DNA of 55,154 nt. Origin: Candidatus Woesebacteria bacterium. Lineage in GTDB: Bacteria > Patescibacteriota > Microgenomatia > UBA10105 > UBA927. Below are positions 37,665-45,828 of this stretch, piece after piece. The notes under the pieces are model-generated. The model was given only the letters and a program-made list of their open reading frames with translations, did no database searches and had not been told where the DNA came from. A program made the translations under genes and the position numbers. The stretch covers positions 1-55,154 of the forward strand of contig JBGALL010000003.1 in the NCBI GenBank assembly GCA_044223895.1, read 5' to 3'. The stretch's first letter is position 1; each line of letters opens with the position of its first letter.

Positions 37665-38288
37665 TCATTCCCCGAGATGAGCCTGATCGTTCCAAGAAAT
37701 CAGTTTCCACAATTCCCCATTCCAATCACAGATAGTTAACCCAGTATTAGACATTTTTAAAGATTGGTACAGTTTTAGAGCGTTCTGTGGATCTATGTCA
37801 TGTCCAAAGATCATCACTGAGATTAATACCTTCATAAATTCGCCATGAGTAACCAATAACAGATTACGGTCGGGTAACGATAGCAAATGATGCAACAACA
37901 CCGCAGATCTATCACGCAAATCCTGAAAGGATTCTTCATCCGAATGACGATAGTCTGGATCATGAAATCGTTCATATATTTGATTCTTGATCGCTATTGC
38001 TTCTGGAGCATCGTAGAGTTTTCCTTCTATTATGGTTGGTCTTTTGATCTCAACCAGAAGGGGTGTATATTCGATTGGTTTTTGAACTACTTCAGCAATT
38101 ATTTCAGCTGTATGTTGGGTTCGATCATACGGGCTCGCAAGAATCCTATCGACAGAGATATGTTTAAAACGCTCAGCAATTTTTTTCGCCTGTTGTACTC
38201 CTTGGGAAGAAAGTCTTCCCGAATGATCTTGATGGATTTTCTGAGCATTGAGATCTGTCTCACCATGTCGAACAATATATAACCTCAT
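37665..38288 (-). CDS. histidine phosphatase family protein (phosphoglycerate mutase-like)
   Basis: 207 aa. Contains the LYIVRHGETDLN (RHG) motif and a downstream TH(G)E motif (LVTHGEF). Confidence 0.85.
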   Translation of the reverse strand: MRLYIVRHGETDLNAQKIHQDHSGRLSSQGVQQAKKIAERFKHISVDRILASPYDRTQHTAEIIAEVVQKPIEYTPLLVEIKRPTIIEGKLYDAPEAIAIKNQIYERFHDPDYRHSDEESFQDLRDRSAVLLHHLLSLPDRNLLLVTHGEFMKVLISVMIFGHDIDPQNALKLYQSLKMSNTGLTICDWNGELWKLISWNDQAHLGE

Positions 38289-38404
38289 ACCACGATACTA
38301 TCATATTTAAACGTAAATATTCTGTAATTGGCTTTAAAAAATCTGCCACTTTTCATCTATTGAAATTTCTATAATTATTTCGTAATGTAAATGTGTTCTT
38401 ACAT

Positions 38405-38515
38405 TATTGTATCAAGAGTGGTGAGGAGAGCCCTGGCTCGATGATTCACCCAGCAACCGATCTGAAATAATTTCAGTCACGGTGCTTCATCCAGCCCTGA
38501 CAGGGAGATACGGTC
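38405..38515 (+). ncRNA. SAM-I (S-box) riboswitch aptamer
   Basis: GTATCAAGAGTGGTGAGGAGAGCCCTGGCTCGATGATTCACCCAGCAACC...CACGGTGCTTCATCCAGCCCTGACAGGGAGATAC matches the S-box core (AUCAAGAG, GAUGA kink-turn, GCAACC, GGUGCU, AGAUAC closing P1). Located upstream of metK. Confidence 0.85.
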
Positions 38516-38534
38516 ACTTTTGACAAAAATTTAT

Positions 38535-38559
38535 AACTCTCGTTACGGAGAGTTTTTTT
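38535..38559 (+). terminator. riboswitch expression-platform intrinsic terminator
   Basis: AACTCTC-GTTACG-GAGAGTT stem-loop running into T7 (38553-38559). It lies 64 nt before the metK ATG. Confidence 0.6.
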
Positions 38560-38622
38560 GTGCCTAAAAAAACCTCTTTCTTTCAACTGGATTTTCATCA
38601 CCCTCTTGAGGAAGGAGTTTTT

Positions 38623-39783
38623 ATGTCTCGTGAATATTTTACCCACTCTTCTGAGTCGGTCACTGGAGGTCATCCAGATAAACTGTGTGATTTAGTTGCT
38701 GCTAATGTCCTTGATGAGGCGATTCTTAAATCATTAGAAATTGGCAAATTGCCACGAGTCGCCATGGAAGTTTCGGCCAAAGGTGATCTTACCAGTCGGG
38801 GCGGAACGCTCTTACTATTTGGAGAAGTTTCACTGCCCCATGGAGTAACCCTAGATTATGAAACCATTGCCCGCAAAACCATCGAACGGATTGGTTACAA
38901 CAATGCTGCTGATGGGTTTTCCAATAAGCTCAATGAATTATTAGTTCGTATAACCGAACAATCGAAAGATATCGATGCCGGGGTGAGTGGAACCAGGACG
39001 GGTGCCGGGGATCAAGGATTTATGATTGGCGGAGCTGTCGACGATGGGCCCGAATATATGCCGATGCCAATAATGATTGCTCATGCGCTGGTGGAAAAAT
39101 TAACCTTAGCACGAGAAACAACCTTGCCGTTTTTAAAACCTGATGGGAAATCTCAGGTCATTGTCCGATATAAAAATGGTTTAGCGGTGGGGGTTGATCA
39201 TATCACCATAGCAGCATCCCACTATGATTCGATTGATCAGCGACAACTAAAACAAATACTTATCGATCAAATTATTATTCCAACCCTAGATTCCTTTAAT
39301 TTTGGAATTGGTGATGACACAGAAATTTTGATTAATGGTGCTGGTGCTTGGACTACACCGGGCCCATTAAGTGATGCCGGCACAACCAATAGGAAAATTA
39401 TTGCTGACACCTATGGAGGGATGTTTCCTCATGGTGGTGGTGGGTTAAATGGCAAGGACCCAACCAAAGTTGATCTATCCGGAGCTTTAGCGGCACGCTA
39501 TGTTGCTAAAGCCTTAGTTGCCAATGAACTGGCTCATAAGGTTCAAATAAATGTTACCTACACCATTGGTCAACCGGATCCAAAACAAGTTGAGATCAAT
39601 GCGTTTGGTACAGAACGTGTGCCTCTGGATGTATTAGAGTCCAAGGCTCAAAAAGCTTTAGATTTATCGGTAGATGGCATCATCGAAGGTCTTAACCTGA
39701 ACCAAAATATTTACGCTGATGCGGCTGTCGGGGGATTTTTTGGAAGAAAACAGTTTCCGTGGGAACAAATCCCATCGCTATAA
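38623..39783 (+). CDS. metK: S-adenosylmethionine synthetase
   Basis: The ATG at 38623 is preceded by GAAGGAG. SESVTGGHPDKLCD, GAGDQG and DPTKVD motifs are present. The track ORF start at 38560 would run through the terminator and is rejected. Confidence 0.92.
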   Translation: MSREYFTHSSESVTGGHPDKLCDLVAANVLDEAILKSLEIGKLPRVAMEVSAKGDLTSRGGTLLLFGEVSLPHGVTLDYETIARKTIERIGYNNAADGFSNKLNELLVRITEQSKDIDAGVSGTRTGAGDQGFMIGGAVDDGPEYMPMPIMIAHALVEKLTLARETTLPFLKPDGKSQVIVRYKNGLAVGVDHITIAASHYDSIDQRQLKQILIDQIIIPTLDSFNFGIGDDTEILINGAGAWTTPGPLSDAGTTNRKIIADTYGGMFPHGGGGLNGKDPTKVDLSGALAARYVAKALVANELAHKVQINVTYTIGQPDPKQVEINAFGTERVPLDVLESKAQKALDLSVDGIIEGLNLNQNIYADAAVGGFFGRKQFPWEQIPSL

Positions 39784-39798
39784 ACTAACCAGAATACT

Positions 39799-39830
39799 TA
39801 CCCAGGGGTAGTGTTTACTGCTCCTGGGTA
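39799..39830. terminator. GC-rich hairpin between convergent genes (possible bidirectional terminator)
   Basis: TACCCAGGGG (39799-39808) pairs with CTCCTGGGTA (39821-39830) around a 12-nt loop. It overlaps the last codons of the minus-strand ORF. No strong U-tract on either side. Confidence 0.4.
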
Positions 39831-40162
39831 GGATATTTCCCAGTTGCCTGAATTTTCAGTTGTAACCGTTCTAATTCATTATATTGACGCATGTGAGATG
39901 GTATGAAAGATTCTCTGGCAATTTGCTGGGCTATTTGGTTACAAATTGACCAACCTGTAGATTCATTTTTTTGCTGGATTAGCCAGAGCGCAACTCGATT
40001 GTTTGTTCCTCCTTCAAGTTGGTCATTTCTCAAAGCATTAAAAATTGTTTGTTGTTCTGGAGCAAATTCACTATCTGCGAATTTAGCGGCGACACCAGTA
40101 ATGTACACGTTTTGACGGGCATTCACTCGGGCAACAGGTATACCCGATGAAGTGTCAATCAA
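39815..40162 (-). CDS. hypothetical protein; resembles the C-terminal FAD-domain piece of a two-dinucleotide-binding-domain flavoprotein
   Basis: 115 aa from a TTG start. IDTSSGIPVARVNARQNVYITGVAA resembles the ...T..pgvyAaGD segment but lacks the GD. It overlaps the upstream ORF by 4 nt in a different frame, so it may be a frameshifted continuation. Confidence 0.4.
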   Translation of the reverse strand: MIDTSSGIPVARVNARQNVYITGVAAKFADSEFAPEQQTIFNALRNDQLEGGTNNRVALWLIQQKNESTGWSICNQIAQQIARESFIPSHMRQYNELERLQLKIQATGKYPTQEQ

Positions 40163-40491
40163 ACTGTAAACTGAAACGGAAATTCATCGGATATCTTTGA
40201 ATTATTCAGACCATTTGCTAAGAAAACATACTCATGGGAATAGGTGCCAGAATTGGTCGTAAGCAGAATACGTTTTTGTTTTTGACGCACCGATGTTACC
40301 CGTTCATCTCTTCCAAAAGCTCGATCACCAGAGCTATTCCGATACCGAGGACGTCTACCCGGTCCTTCAACTCTGCTGAGAGTACCTTTTTTTCCATAAA
40401 TGATCAGTTGAGGAGACTGCTCTAATCCTCCTGGATTGATAAATCGAGAAGGCTCTTCATTGAAAGGCATCCACAAATCGCTCCGCACCAT
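40159..40491 (-). CDS. hypothetical protein; degenerate Rossmann-like fragment
   Basis: 110 aa. PQLIIYGKKGTLS and KRILLTTNSGTYSHEYVFLANGL resemble a degenerate NAD-binding beta-alpha-beta unit plus the 'aD.vilAtG' strand. Confidence 0.4.
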   Translation of the reverse strand: MVRSDLWMPFNEEPSRFINPGGLEQSPQLIIYGKKGTLSRVEGPGRRPRYRNSSGDRAFGRDERVTSVRQKQKRILLTTNSGTYSHEYVFLANGLNNSKISDEFPFQFTV

Positions 40492-40524
40492 TGGCTCTAC
40501 CAGTGTCTTTGTATCCTACTATTC

Positions 40525-42381
40525 CTATGGTTCTGGCGAAACAGGATCAGTAGTGTTGTACCCAGGTCGTACCACAGGTCCTCCGGTAAGATTCCAAATG
40601 GTATCAGCAGTTTCGAACATCTCTCGACTCAACAATCGAGGTAGAGCATAATTGGGATTTTTTTCTCCGAGATAGGTAAAGAATCCATAGCGATTATTTC
40701 CAGCTTCTCTTTGGAGACGAATGTATTCCTGAACATTATCTAAGTATGTTTGAAAACCCTCTGGATCTGATCGTTTAAATTCTACTAAATCCATTAGGAC
40801 AGTTCGTAAACGATTTTTCGAATTATCATATAAATCTTTACCGGCTTCATCGACACGAAAATTTTGAGGACCTGTAGAGTCGAGAATTTTTTTACCGATA
40901 CTAAAACGTTCTGCTGGAGTACCTGTAGCAAAGATTACTGTATCGGCTTCGATGATTCGTTCCTTGCCATCAAATTCATCTCTGATGGTTAATTCTACTC
41001 TCCCATTTCTTTGACGAGTTCTGTCCGCAAGAACTGTTTGCCCTACCAAAATATCATTGGTATACATACTTATATTCATGGCACACTGTTCACCCAATTT
41101 TGCGAGTAATTTGTAGGTTTTGGTAGACCCATCGTCACAATTAATTCTCTTCACTGGCCCCTGGGGCGTTGTATATACTCCATCAACAACTCCTTGAGGC
41201 ATGACGGGTGTAGTAGAAGAATCAGGAAGGAACGGCAAAGGAATTTCATTTGGGTCAGTGATATCTGAAGAGCTATTTAAAAAGTTTCTGCGAGCACGAT
41301 TGGGATACCCTAATCCAATATCTTTAGTAATAACGGTAACATCTACTTCCGGAGCAAGTTGTCTGATCAAGGTAGTCGCAGCTGGATCGGCACCAACGAT
41401 AACAATCTTTTTTCTTACTCTTCCAGAGGTTCTATCCATAAAATCAAGTTCTTCTTGAGTGTGTTGCATGGCATAGTCATCGACCATATCTAAATAGGCT
41501 TGTGTCGCATCTGGTGACCTGGCTATTTCTTGAATGACAACATCAATAGGACTATTTACTATATTTCGAGAAGTATCCTGGGTTGGAAAATTGGAATACT
41601 CAACCGCTTGCTCGGTTGGGTCCTCTACTAATGCTTCCTGAACTCGATAATATTGATACAAAACATCACGGACATTCTGAAAGCGTATTGGCATAGAATT
41701 ACTTTCATCAACTACTGGCGTCCATGATACCTTTGACACATCGATACCAAATAATTGGGCCATCTGTTCCTGATAGGCGAGACGAAAGGTATCAACGCGT
41801 TTTCCTTCGGCCATCATTTGATACGCATCTGAACCAGACGCATCGAGATAAAAGGAATTCACACTTTCTGGTTGAAACAAATCTCCTGCCAAAAACGCAT
41901 CATATAATGGCTTGGTAGAAAGTTTTCCTTTTACCTGTTCAACAATTTCTCGAATTTGACTTATACGAATCTCTGCACTAAATTTTGTGAAGTCAAATAA
42001 AGGTCTTTGCTCAGTCTGAACGGATAGGAGATCCGGAATGGTTATAAAACCAGAAAGTTGATCGCCACTTTTCTTATTAATATCCAATAACTCAATCCCA
42101 CGATCAATTTCCTGTATAAGCTTTTGCTTATTTTGTATTGGAAGTTCTATTCTGTTCAGTAGATCCTCTTTGGGAATAACTGGTAAATCTACTGGGTCAG
42201 TAGTGAATCTTTGGAGCAAGCGTGAAAGTAATTCTCGTGTACTGTCATCATTAGGCTCAATTTTAAAACCACCTTTCCCTTCTGAGGGTATGGGATTTTT
42301 ATCAAAATTAAACGTAAATAATTTCTTGTTTACATCTTCTAAGTCTTGATTTCTATTTGGTGGGTTTTCTTTTTCGGCCAT
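40525..42381 (-). CDS. large hypothetical protein: about 320-aa novel N-terminal domain + degenerate FAD/NAD(P)-binding Rossmann-like domain
   Basis: 618 aa. KKIVIVGADPAATTLIRQLAPEVDVTVITKD is a GxGxxA-like motif with Asp in place of the second Gly. EADTVIFATGTPAE is also present. The N-terminal half has no motif I recognise. The gene ends in TAG followed by GAA TAG TAG. Confidence 0.6.
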   Translation of the reverse strand: MAEKENPPNRNQDLEDVNKKLFTFNFDKNPIPSEGKGGFKIEPNDDSTRELLSRLLQRFTTDPVDLPVIPKEDLLNRIELPIQNKQKLIQEIDRGIELLDINKKSGDQLSGFITIPDLLSVQTEQRPLFDFTKFSAEIRISQIREIVEQVKGKLSTKPLYDAFLAGDLFQPESVNSFYLDASGSDAYQMMAEGKRVDTFRLAYQEQMAQLFGIDVSKVSWTPVVDESNSMPIRFQNVRDVLYQYYRVQEALVEDPTEQAVEYSNFPTQDTSRNIVNSPIDVVIQEIARSPDATQAYLDMVDDYAMQHTQEELDFMDRTSGRVRKKIVIVGADPAATTLIRQLAPEVDVTVITKDIGLGYPNRARRNFLNSSSDITDPNEIPLPFLPDSSTTPVMPQGVVDGVYTTPQGPVKRINCDDGSTKTYKLLAKLGEQCAMNISMYTNDILVGQTVLADRTRQRNGRVELTIRDEFDGKERIIEADTVIFATGTPAERFSIGKKILDSTGPQNFRVDEAGKDLYDNSKNRLRTVLMDLVEFKRSDPEGFQTYLDNVQEYIRLQREAGNNRYGFFTYLGEKNPNYALPRLLSREMFETADTIWNLTGGPVVRPGYNTTDPVSPEP

Positions 42382-42400
42382 GGAATGGATTATAACCTAC

Positions 42401-42412
42401 TATAGGCCTATA
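42401..42412. promoter_or_regulatory. perfect 12-bp palindrome TATAGGCCTATA in a divergent promoter region
   Basis: Located in the 95-bp spacer between the 618-aa gene (minus strand) and the UbiA operon (plus strand). Confidence 0.3.
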
Positions 42413-42476
42413 TTCAACACTCAGCTATTCTCTAGTAGAGATGATAATATAATATGGAAGCAGTATTATACTTGCT

Positions 42477-43373
42477 ATGTCAAAACGAAATACAGCTATT
42501 GGATTTATCAAACTTACTCGCTATCAAGAGTTTTTACTGTTTGTCTGTGCTAACACCTTTCTCGGGTTTATATTTTCCTACTCACCATTGACTACTGATA
42601 GCTTCATCAAATTAGTAATTGTTCTGCTGGCAAATGGTCTAGGTGTTGGATTTTCTTTTATGATCAACGATGTCGAAGATGCAGCCGATGATGCACTGAA
42701 TCCCGATAAAGTAAACAGGAACCCAATCTCTGCAGGTATTATCAGCCACAAAGTAGGAATGGTCTCCTCTCTGGTAGTGGCGGTAGTAGCTATTTTGGCA
42801 TTTCTTCCCCTAGGAATCTTACCTTTTCTATTGGGGACTTTTACCGTTATTCTCGGGTTTTTGTACTCTTGGAAAGGTTTGCGATTGAAAAGTATCCCTG
42901 TTGTAGACCTTTTCTCCCATGCATTTATGCTTGCAGGCCTCCAATATCTGTGTTCATATTACACCTTTGCGGATTATACAGGGGTTACCCGTCCATTACT
43001 TCTTCCCCTTCTCTTAGTGTCTTCTATAAGTATGTATGGCGAACTCTATAATGAAGTGAGAGATTTTACCTACGACAAACTTGCTGGCTTACAACATACT
43101 GCTAGCTTGATAGGCAAACGAAATGCCCATATTCTGATGTACCTTCTCCTCTCTGTCGGTGGAGGATCGATTTTATACATGGTCTATCTCCACTTTATTC
43201 CAGTCTGGTTTATGGTCTTATTCCTAGTACTTGGAGGTTTGTTCTTTATTAATTTTGTGACTGCTTTTTTTACTAATACACAGTATCAGATGGATGACGT
43301 GCAACACTATATATTGTTAGTATCGACTATCGCTCTGGGTTGCTGGATTGCTCTCAGGCCATTAGGTTTATAA
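42477..43373 (+). CDS. UbiA-superfamily aromatic/isoprenoid prenyltransferase
   Basis: 298 aa, 8-9 TM helices. First Asp-rich motif NDVEDAADD (NDxxDxxxD). The second motif region is YNEVRDFTYD. Confidence 0.8.
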   Translation: MSKRNTAIGFIKLTRYQEFLLFVCANTFLGFIFSYSPLTTDSFIKLVIVLLANGLGVGFSFMINDVEDAADDALNPDKVNRNPISAGIISHKVGMVSSLVVAVVAILAFLPLGILPFLLGTFTVILGFLYSWKGLRLKSIPVVDLFSHAFMLAGLQYLCSYYTFADYTGVTRPLLLPLLLVSSISMYGELYNEVRDFTYDKLAGLQHTASLIGKRNAHILMYLLLSVGGGSILYMVYLHFIPVWFMVLFLVLGGLFFINFVTAFFTNTQYQMDDVQHYILLVSTIALGCWIALRPLGL

Positions 43374-43380
43374 GGATTTT

Positions 43381-44283
43381 GTGACTGACCCATCATCACC
43401 TCAATCAACCTTAGAAGATGCCTTAACGCATCATCTGACTAATTCATCCAAAAAACTCCAAGATCATCATCCTCAAGCAGTCAGTTTGTTTGAGAAAAAA
43501 GGAATTACTCCCGCTAAAATTCGTGAACATGCCGCTCGCCTCCTAACTACTGGAACATTGACTGCTTCTTTAGTTCTGGCTTCTCCAATGGTTAGTCACC
43601 TTAGGCCCACCACAACTATGGAGCTCGCTCGTTTATCGGTGTCAGAAAGACAACAAGATTTCGCTCAGCAGTTTACAAGTGGCTTAACTCATAACAACTG
43701 GCATTTAACACCTGATCAAGAATTAAGAATAGAAAACTTAATTCGTGAATATTGGGGTATGGATGCTCATGCTGAATTAGCAGGCCACCGGCTCAATAAT
43801 GTCTATGGTCTAATGGGAGCAGAGCAGCATTTACCGCGTTACCCAGGAGATACCATCTTCAATCACGACGAAATACAGGAATCTGGAATAACTCCAGCTA
43901 CAGGAGCCTGGAGTTTTTTCTCCAATTCGCAACAAGATTTAAATCCGGAAGATATCTTACGCGAAAAATATTATGTAGCAGTTCAAACCTTATATTTACC
44001 TGATTGGAATACTCATACAACTGAACTCAAAGATTGGTACAAATACCGCAAAGTAGTAGTCATCAATCCCAAAAACGGAAAAACTATTGTGTGTGATATT
44101 GCCGATGCTGGTCCCGCACTCTCAACCGGGAAGCATTTTGGTGGATCTCCTGAAGTAATGCATTATCTGGATTTAGATAAGGGCATGAAAAAAGGTGAAG
44201 TAATCCTTTTTTTCCTGGATGAACATGAAACCCCTGTTCCACTTGGACCAGTAGAATATAATCAACGTATCGGACGAATTTAA
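43381..44283 (+). CDS. hypothetical protein with possible C-terminal RlpA-like double-psi beta-barrel
   Basis: 300 aa from a GTG start. VVVINPKNGKTIVCDIADAGPALSTGKHFGGSPEVMHYLDL resembles the DPBB pattern (V.V.N..NGk.vv..v.DrGP). Tentative. Confidence 0.45.
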   Translation: MTDPSSPQSTLEDALTHHLTNSSKKLQDHHPQAVSLFEKKGITPAKIREHAARLLTTGTLTASLVLASPMVSHLRPTTTMELARLSVSERQQDFAQQFTSGLTHNNWHLTPDQELRIENLIREYWGMDAHAELAGHRLNNVYGLMGAEQHLPRYPGDTIFNHDEIQESGITPATGAWSFFSNSQQDLNPEDILREKYYVAVQTLYLPDWNTHTTELKDWYKYRKVVVINPKNGKTIVCDIADAGPALSTGKHFGGSPEVMHYLDLDKGMKKGEVILFFLDEHETPVPLGPVEYNQRIGRI

Positions 44284-44285
44284 GT

Positions 44286-44627
44286 ATGTCAAAACTATTT
44301 TATGATCATCTGCTGATTATCGAAGAGATTACCTTTGTAATTGATCGACATCACCTATCAGAGCTTGAAAATAAAAAATTACTCTCTATTATTGATCAAA
44401 CCCTCAACAATCATATCCTTGACGTCATTCTGACTCACCTTCCTCATCAATTTCATGAAGAATTCATTCATAAGTTTACTACCCATCCTAACGATCTCGG
44501 ACTCATCCCCTATCTAAAAGATAAAGTTACTGTAGATATTGAGAAAAAAATTTTACAACGATCCAGTACGATAAAAAAGGAACTTATTAAGGAGATTCAA
44601 GCACATTTTCATGAAAAAAACTTTTGA
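44286..44627 (+). CDS. hypothetical protein
   Basis: 113 aa, helical and His-rich, 2 nt after the upstream stop. No motif. Confidence 0.4.
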   Translation: MSKLFYDHLLIIEEITFVIDRHHLSELENKKLLSIIDQTLNNHILDVILTHLPHQFHEEFIHKFTTHPNDLGLIPYLKDKVTVDIEKKILQRSSTIKKELIKEIQAHFHEKNF

Positions 44628-45180
44628 GCTATTAAATACGGGAATTTGGACCATACTTATCCTGGCTATCACTGGGTTTATTCTTTTCGCTATGGGGCGT
44701 ATACCCTATTGTGCCTGTGGCTATATTAAATTATGGCATGGGGTGACAATGAGCTCAGAAAATTCTCAACATATTTTTGATTTTTATACCTTCTCACATA
44801 TTATCCACGGCTTTTTCTTTTATTGGCTATTTAAAAAAATTCTCAAGCGTTTTCCATGGCAAGTTCAGTTTCTTTTAGCAGTGATAGTTGAAGCTGGTTG
44901 GGAGCTTCTGGAAAATAGCCCCTTGATAATTCATCGCTATCGAAGCACTACCATTTCGCTGGATTATTATGGAGATAGCATCCTCAATTCACTTTCTGAT
45001 ATTGTCGCTATGGTCGGAGGTTTTGTCTTAGCTGCTAAACTTCCCTGGAAAATAACCGTCTTACTTACTATCGTAATGGAAGTAGTCGTGGGTTATCTCA
45101 TCCATGACAATCTGACATTAAACATTATTATGCTTCTTTATCCATTTCCTTTTATTAAGCAATGGCAACTAGGAGGGTAA
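44611..45180 (+). CDS. DUF2585 (UPF0314) family membrane protein
   Basis: 189 aa. GRIPYCACGYIKLWHG...SQHIFDFYTFSHIIHGFFFY matches the UPF0314 signature. Confidence 0.65.
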   Translation: MKKTFELLNTGIWTILILAITGFILFAMGRIPYCACGYIKLWHGVTMSSENSQHIFDFYTFSHIIHGFFFYWLFKKILKRFPWQVQFLLAVIVEAGWELLENSPLIIHRYRSTTISLDYYGDSILNSLSDIVAMVGGFVLAAKLPWKITVLLTIVMEVVVGYLIHDNLTLNIIMLLYPFPFIKQWQLGG

Positions 45181-45258
45181 TTTACTGTATCCTTACACTA
45201 TTCTTCTGTTTCTATAACCAAAAATTTTTACCCTAACAATACCTTAAAGGAGGTATAT

Positions 45259-45789
45259 ATGGAATTAACTAATCTCAACGATGTTCTCGTTCATGAGTTA
45301 CAAGATATTTATAGTGCCGAAACTCAACTGTTAACGGCTCTACCAAAATTGGCAGATCATGCGTCTTCTGAAAAACTGACCGAAGTATTCGAAAAGCATT
45401 TAATTCAGACCCAAGGTCATGTCAATCGACTCGAAGAAATTGCCAATAAACTTGATGTCGATCTAGGTGGAGTTGTTTGTAAAGGCATGCAGGGACTCAT
45501 CAAAGAGGGCGCAGAATTATTAGAAGAAGATCCTTGTGCTGCTGTCGATGCAGCGATTATCTCAGCGGCTCAACGAGTCGAACACTATGAAATGGCAGCT
45601 TATGGTTCAGCAATCGCTTTCGCCGATAAACTTGGTGAAAAAGAGATATCAAAAATACTAAAGGCAACCTTGAAAGAAGAAGAAAAAGCCGATGCACTTC
45701 TTTCTACCATTGCTGAATCAGAGGTTAATGATGACGCTATGGATGAAGTTGGAGAAGAATCAGATCAAGAACTCGAAGAGACAGAATAA
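45259..45789 (+). CDS. ferritin-like DUF892 protein (YciE/YciF family)
   Basis: 176 aa. LVHELQDIYSAETQLLTALPKLA and AQRVEHYEMAAYG are present. Strong AAAGGAGG RBS. Confidence 0.8.
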   Translation: MELTNLNDVLVHELQDIYSAETQLLTALPKLADHASSEKLTEVFEKHLIQTQGHVNRLEEIANKLDVDLGGVVCKGMQGLIKEGAELLEEDPCAAVDAAIISAAQRVEHYEMAAYGSAIAFADKLGEKEISKILKATLKEEEKADALLSTIAESEVNDDAMDEVGEESDQELEETE

Positions 45790-45828
45790 TCTCTTGCTCG
45801 CTCTGGAGGAGCGTTATATACTCGGAAC

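Noticed and set aside
38560-38622. Upstream start (38560) for metK given in the ORF track
   Set aside because: It would begin inside the riboswitch terminator U-tract. The ATG at 38623 has a GAAGGAG RBS and gives the canonical MetK N-terminus.
40492-40527. Stop-codon read-through joining the 618-aa ORF to the in-frame 110-aa ORF
   Set aside because: The junction reads TAG GAA TAG TAG. Three in-frame stops within four codons make read-through implausible.
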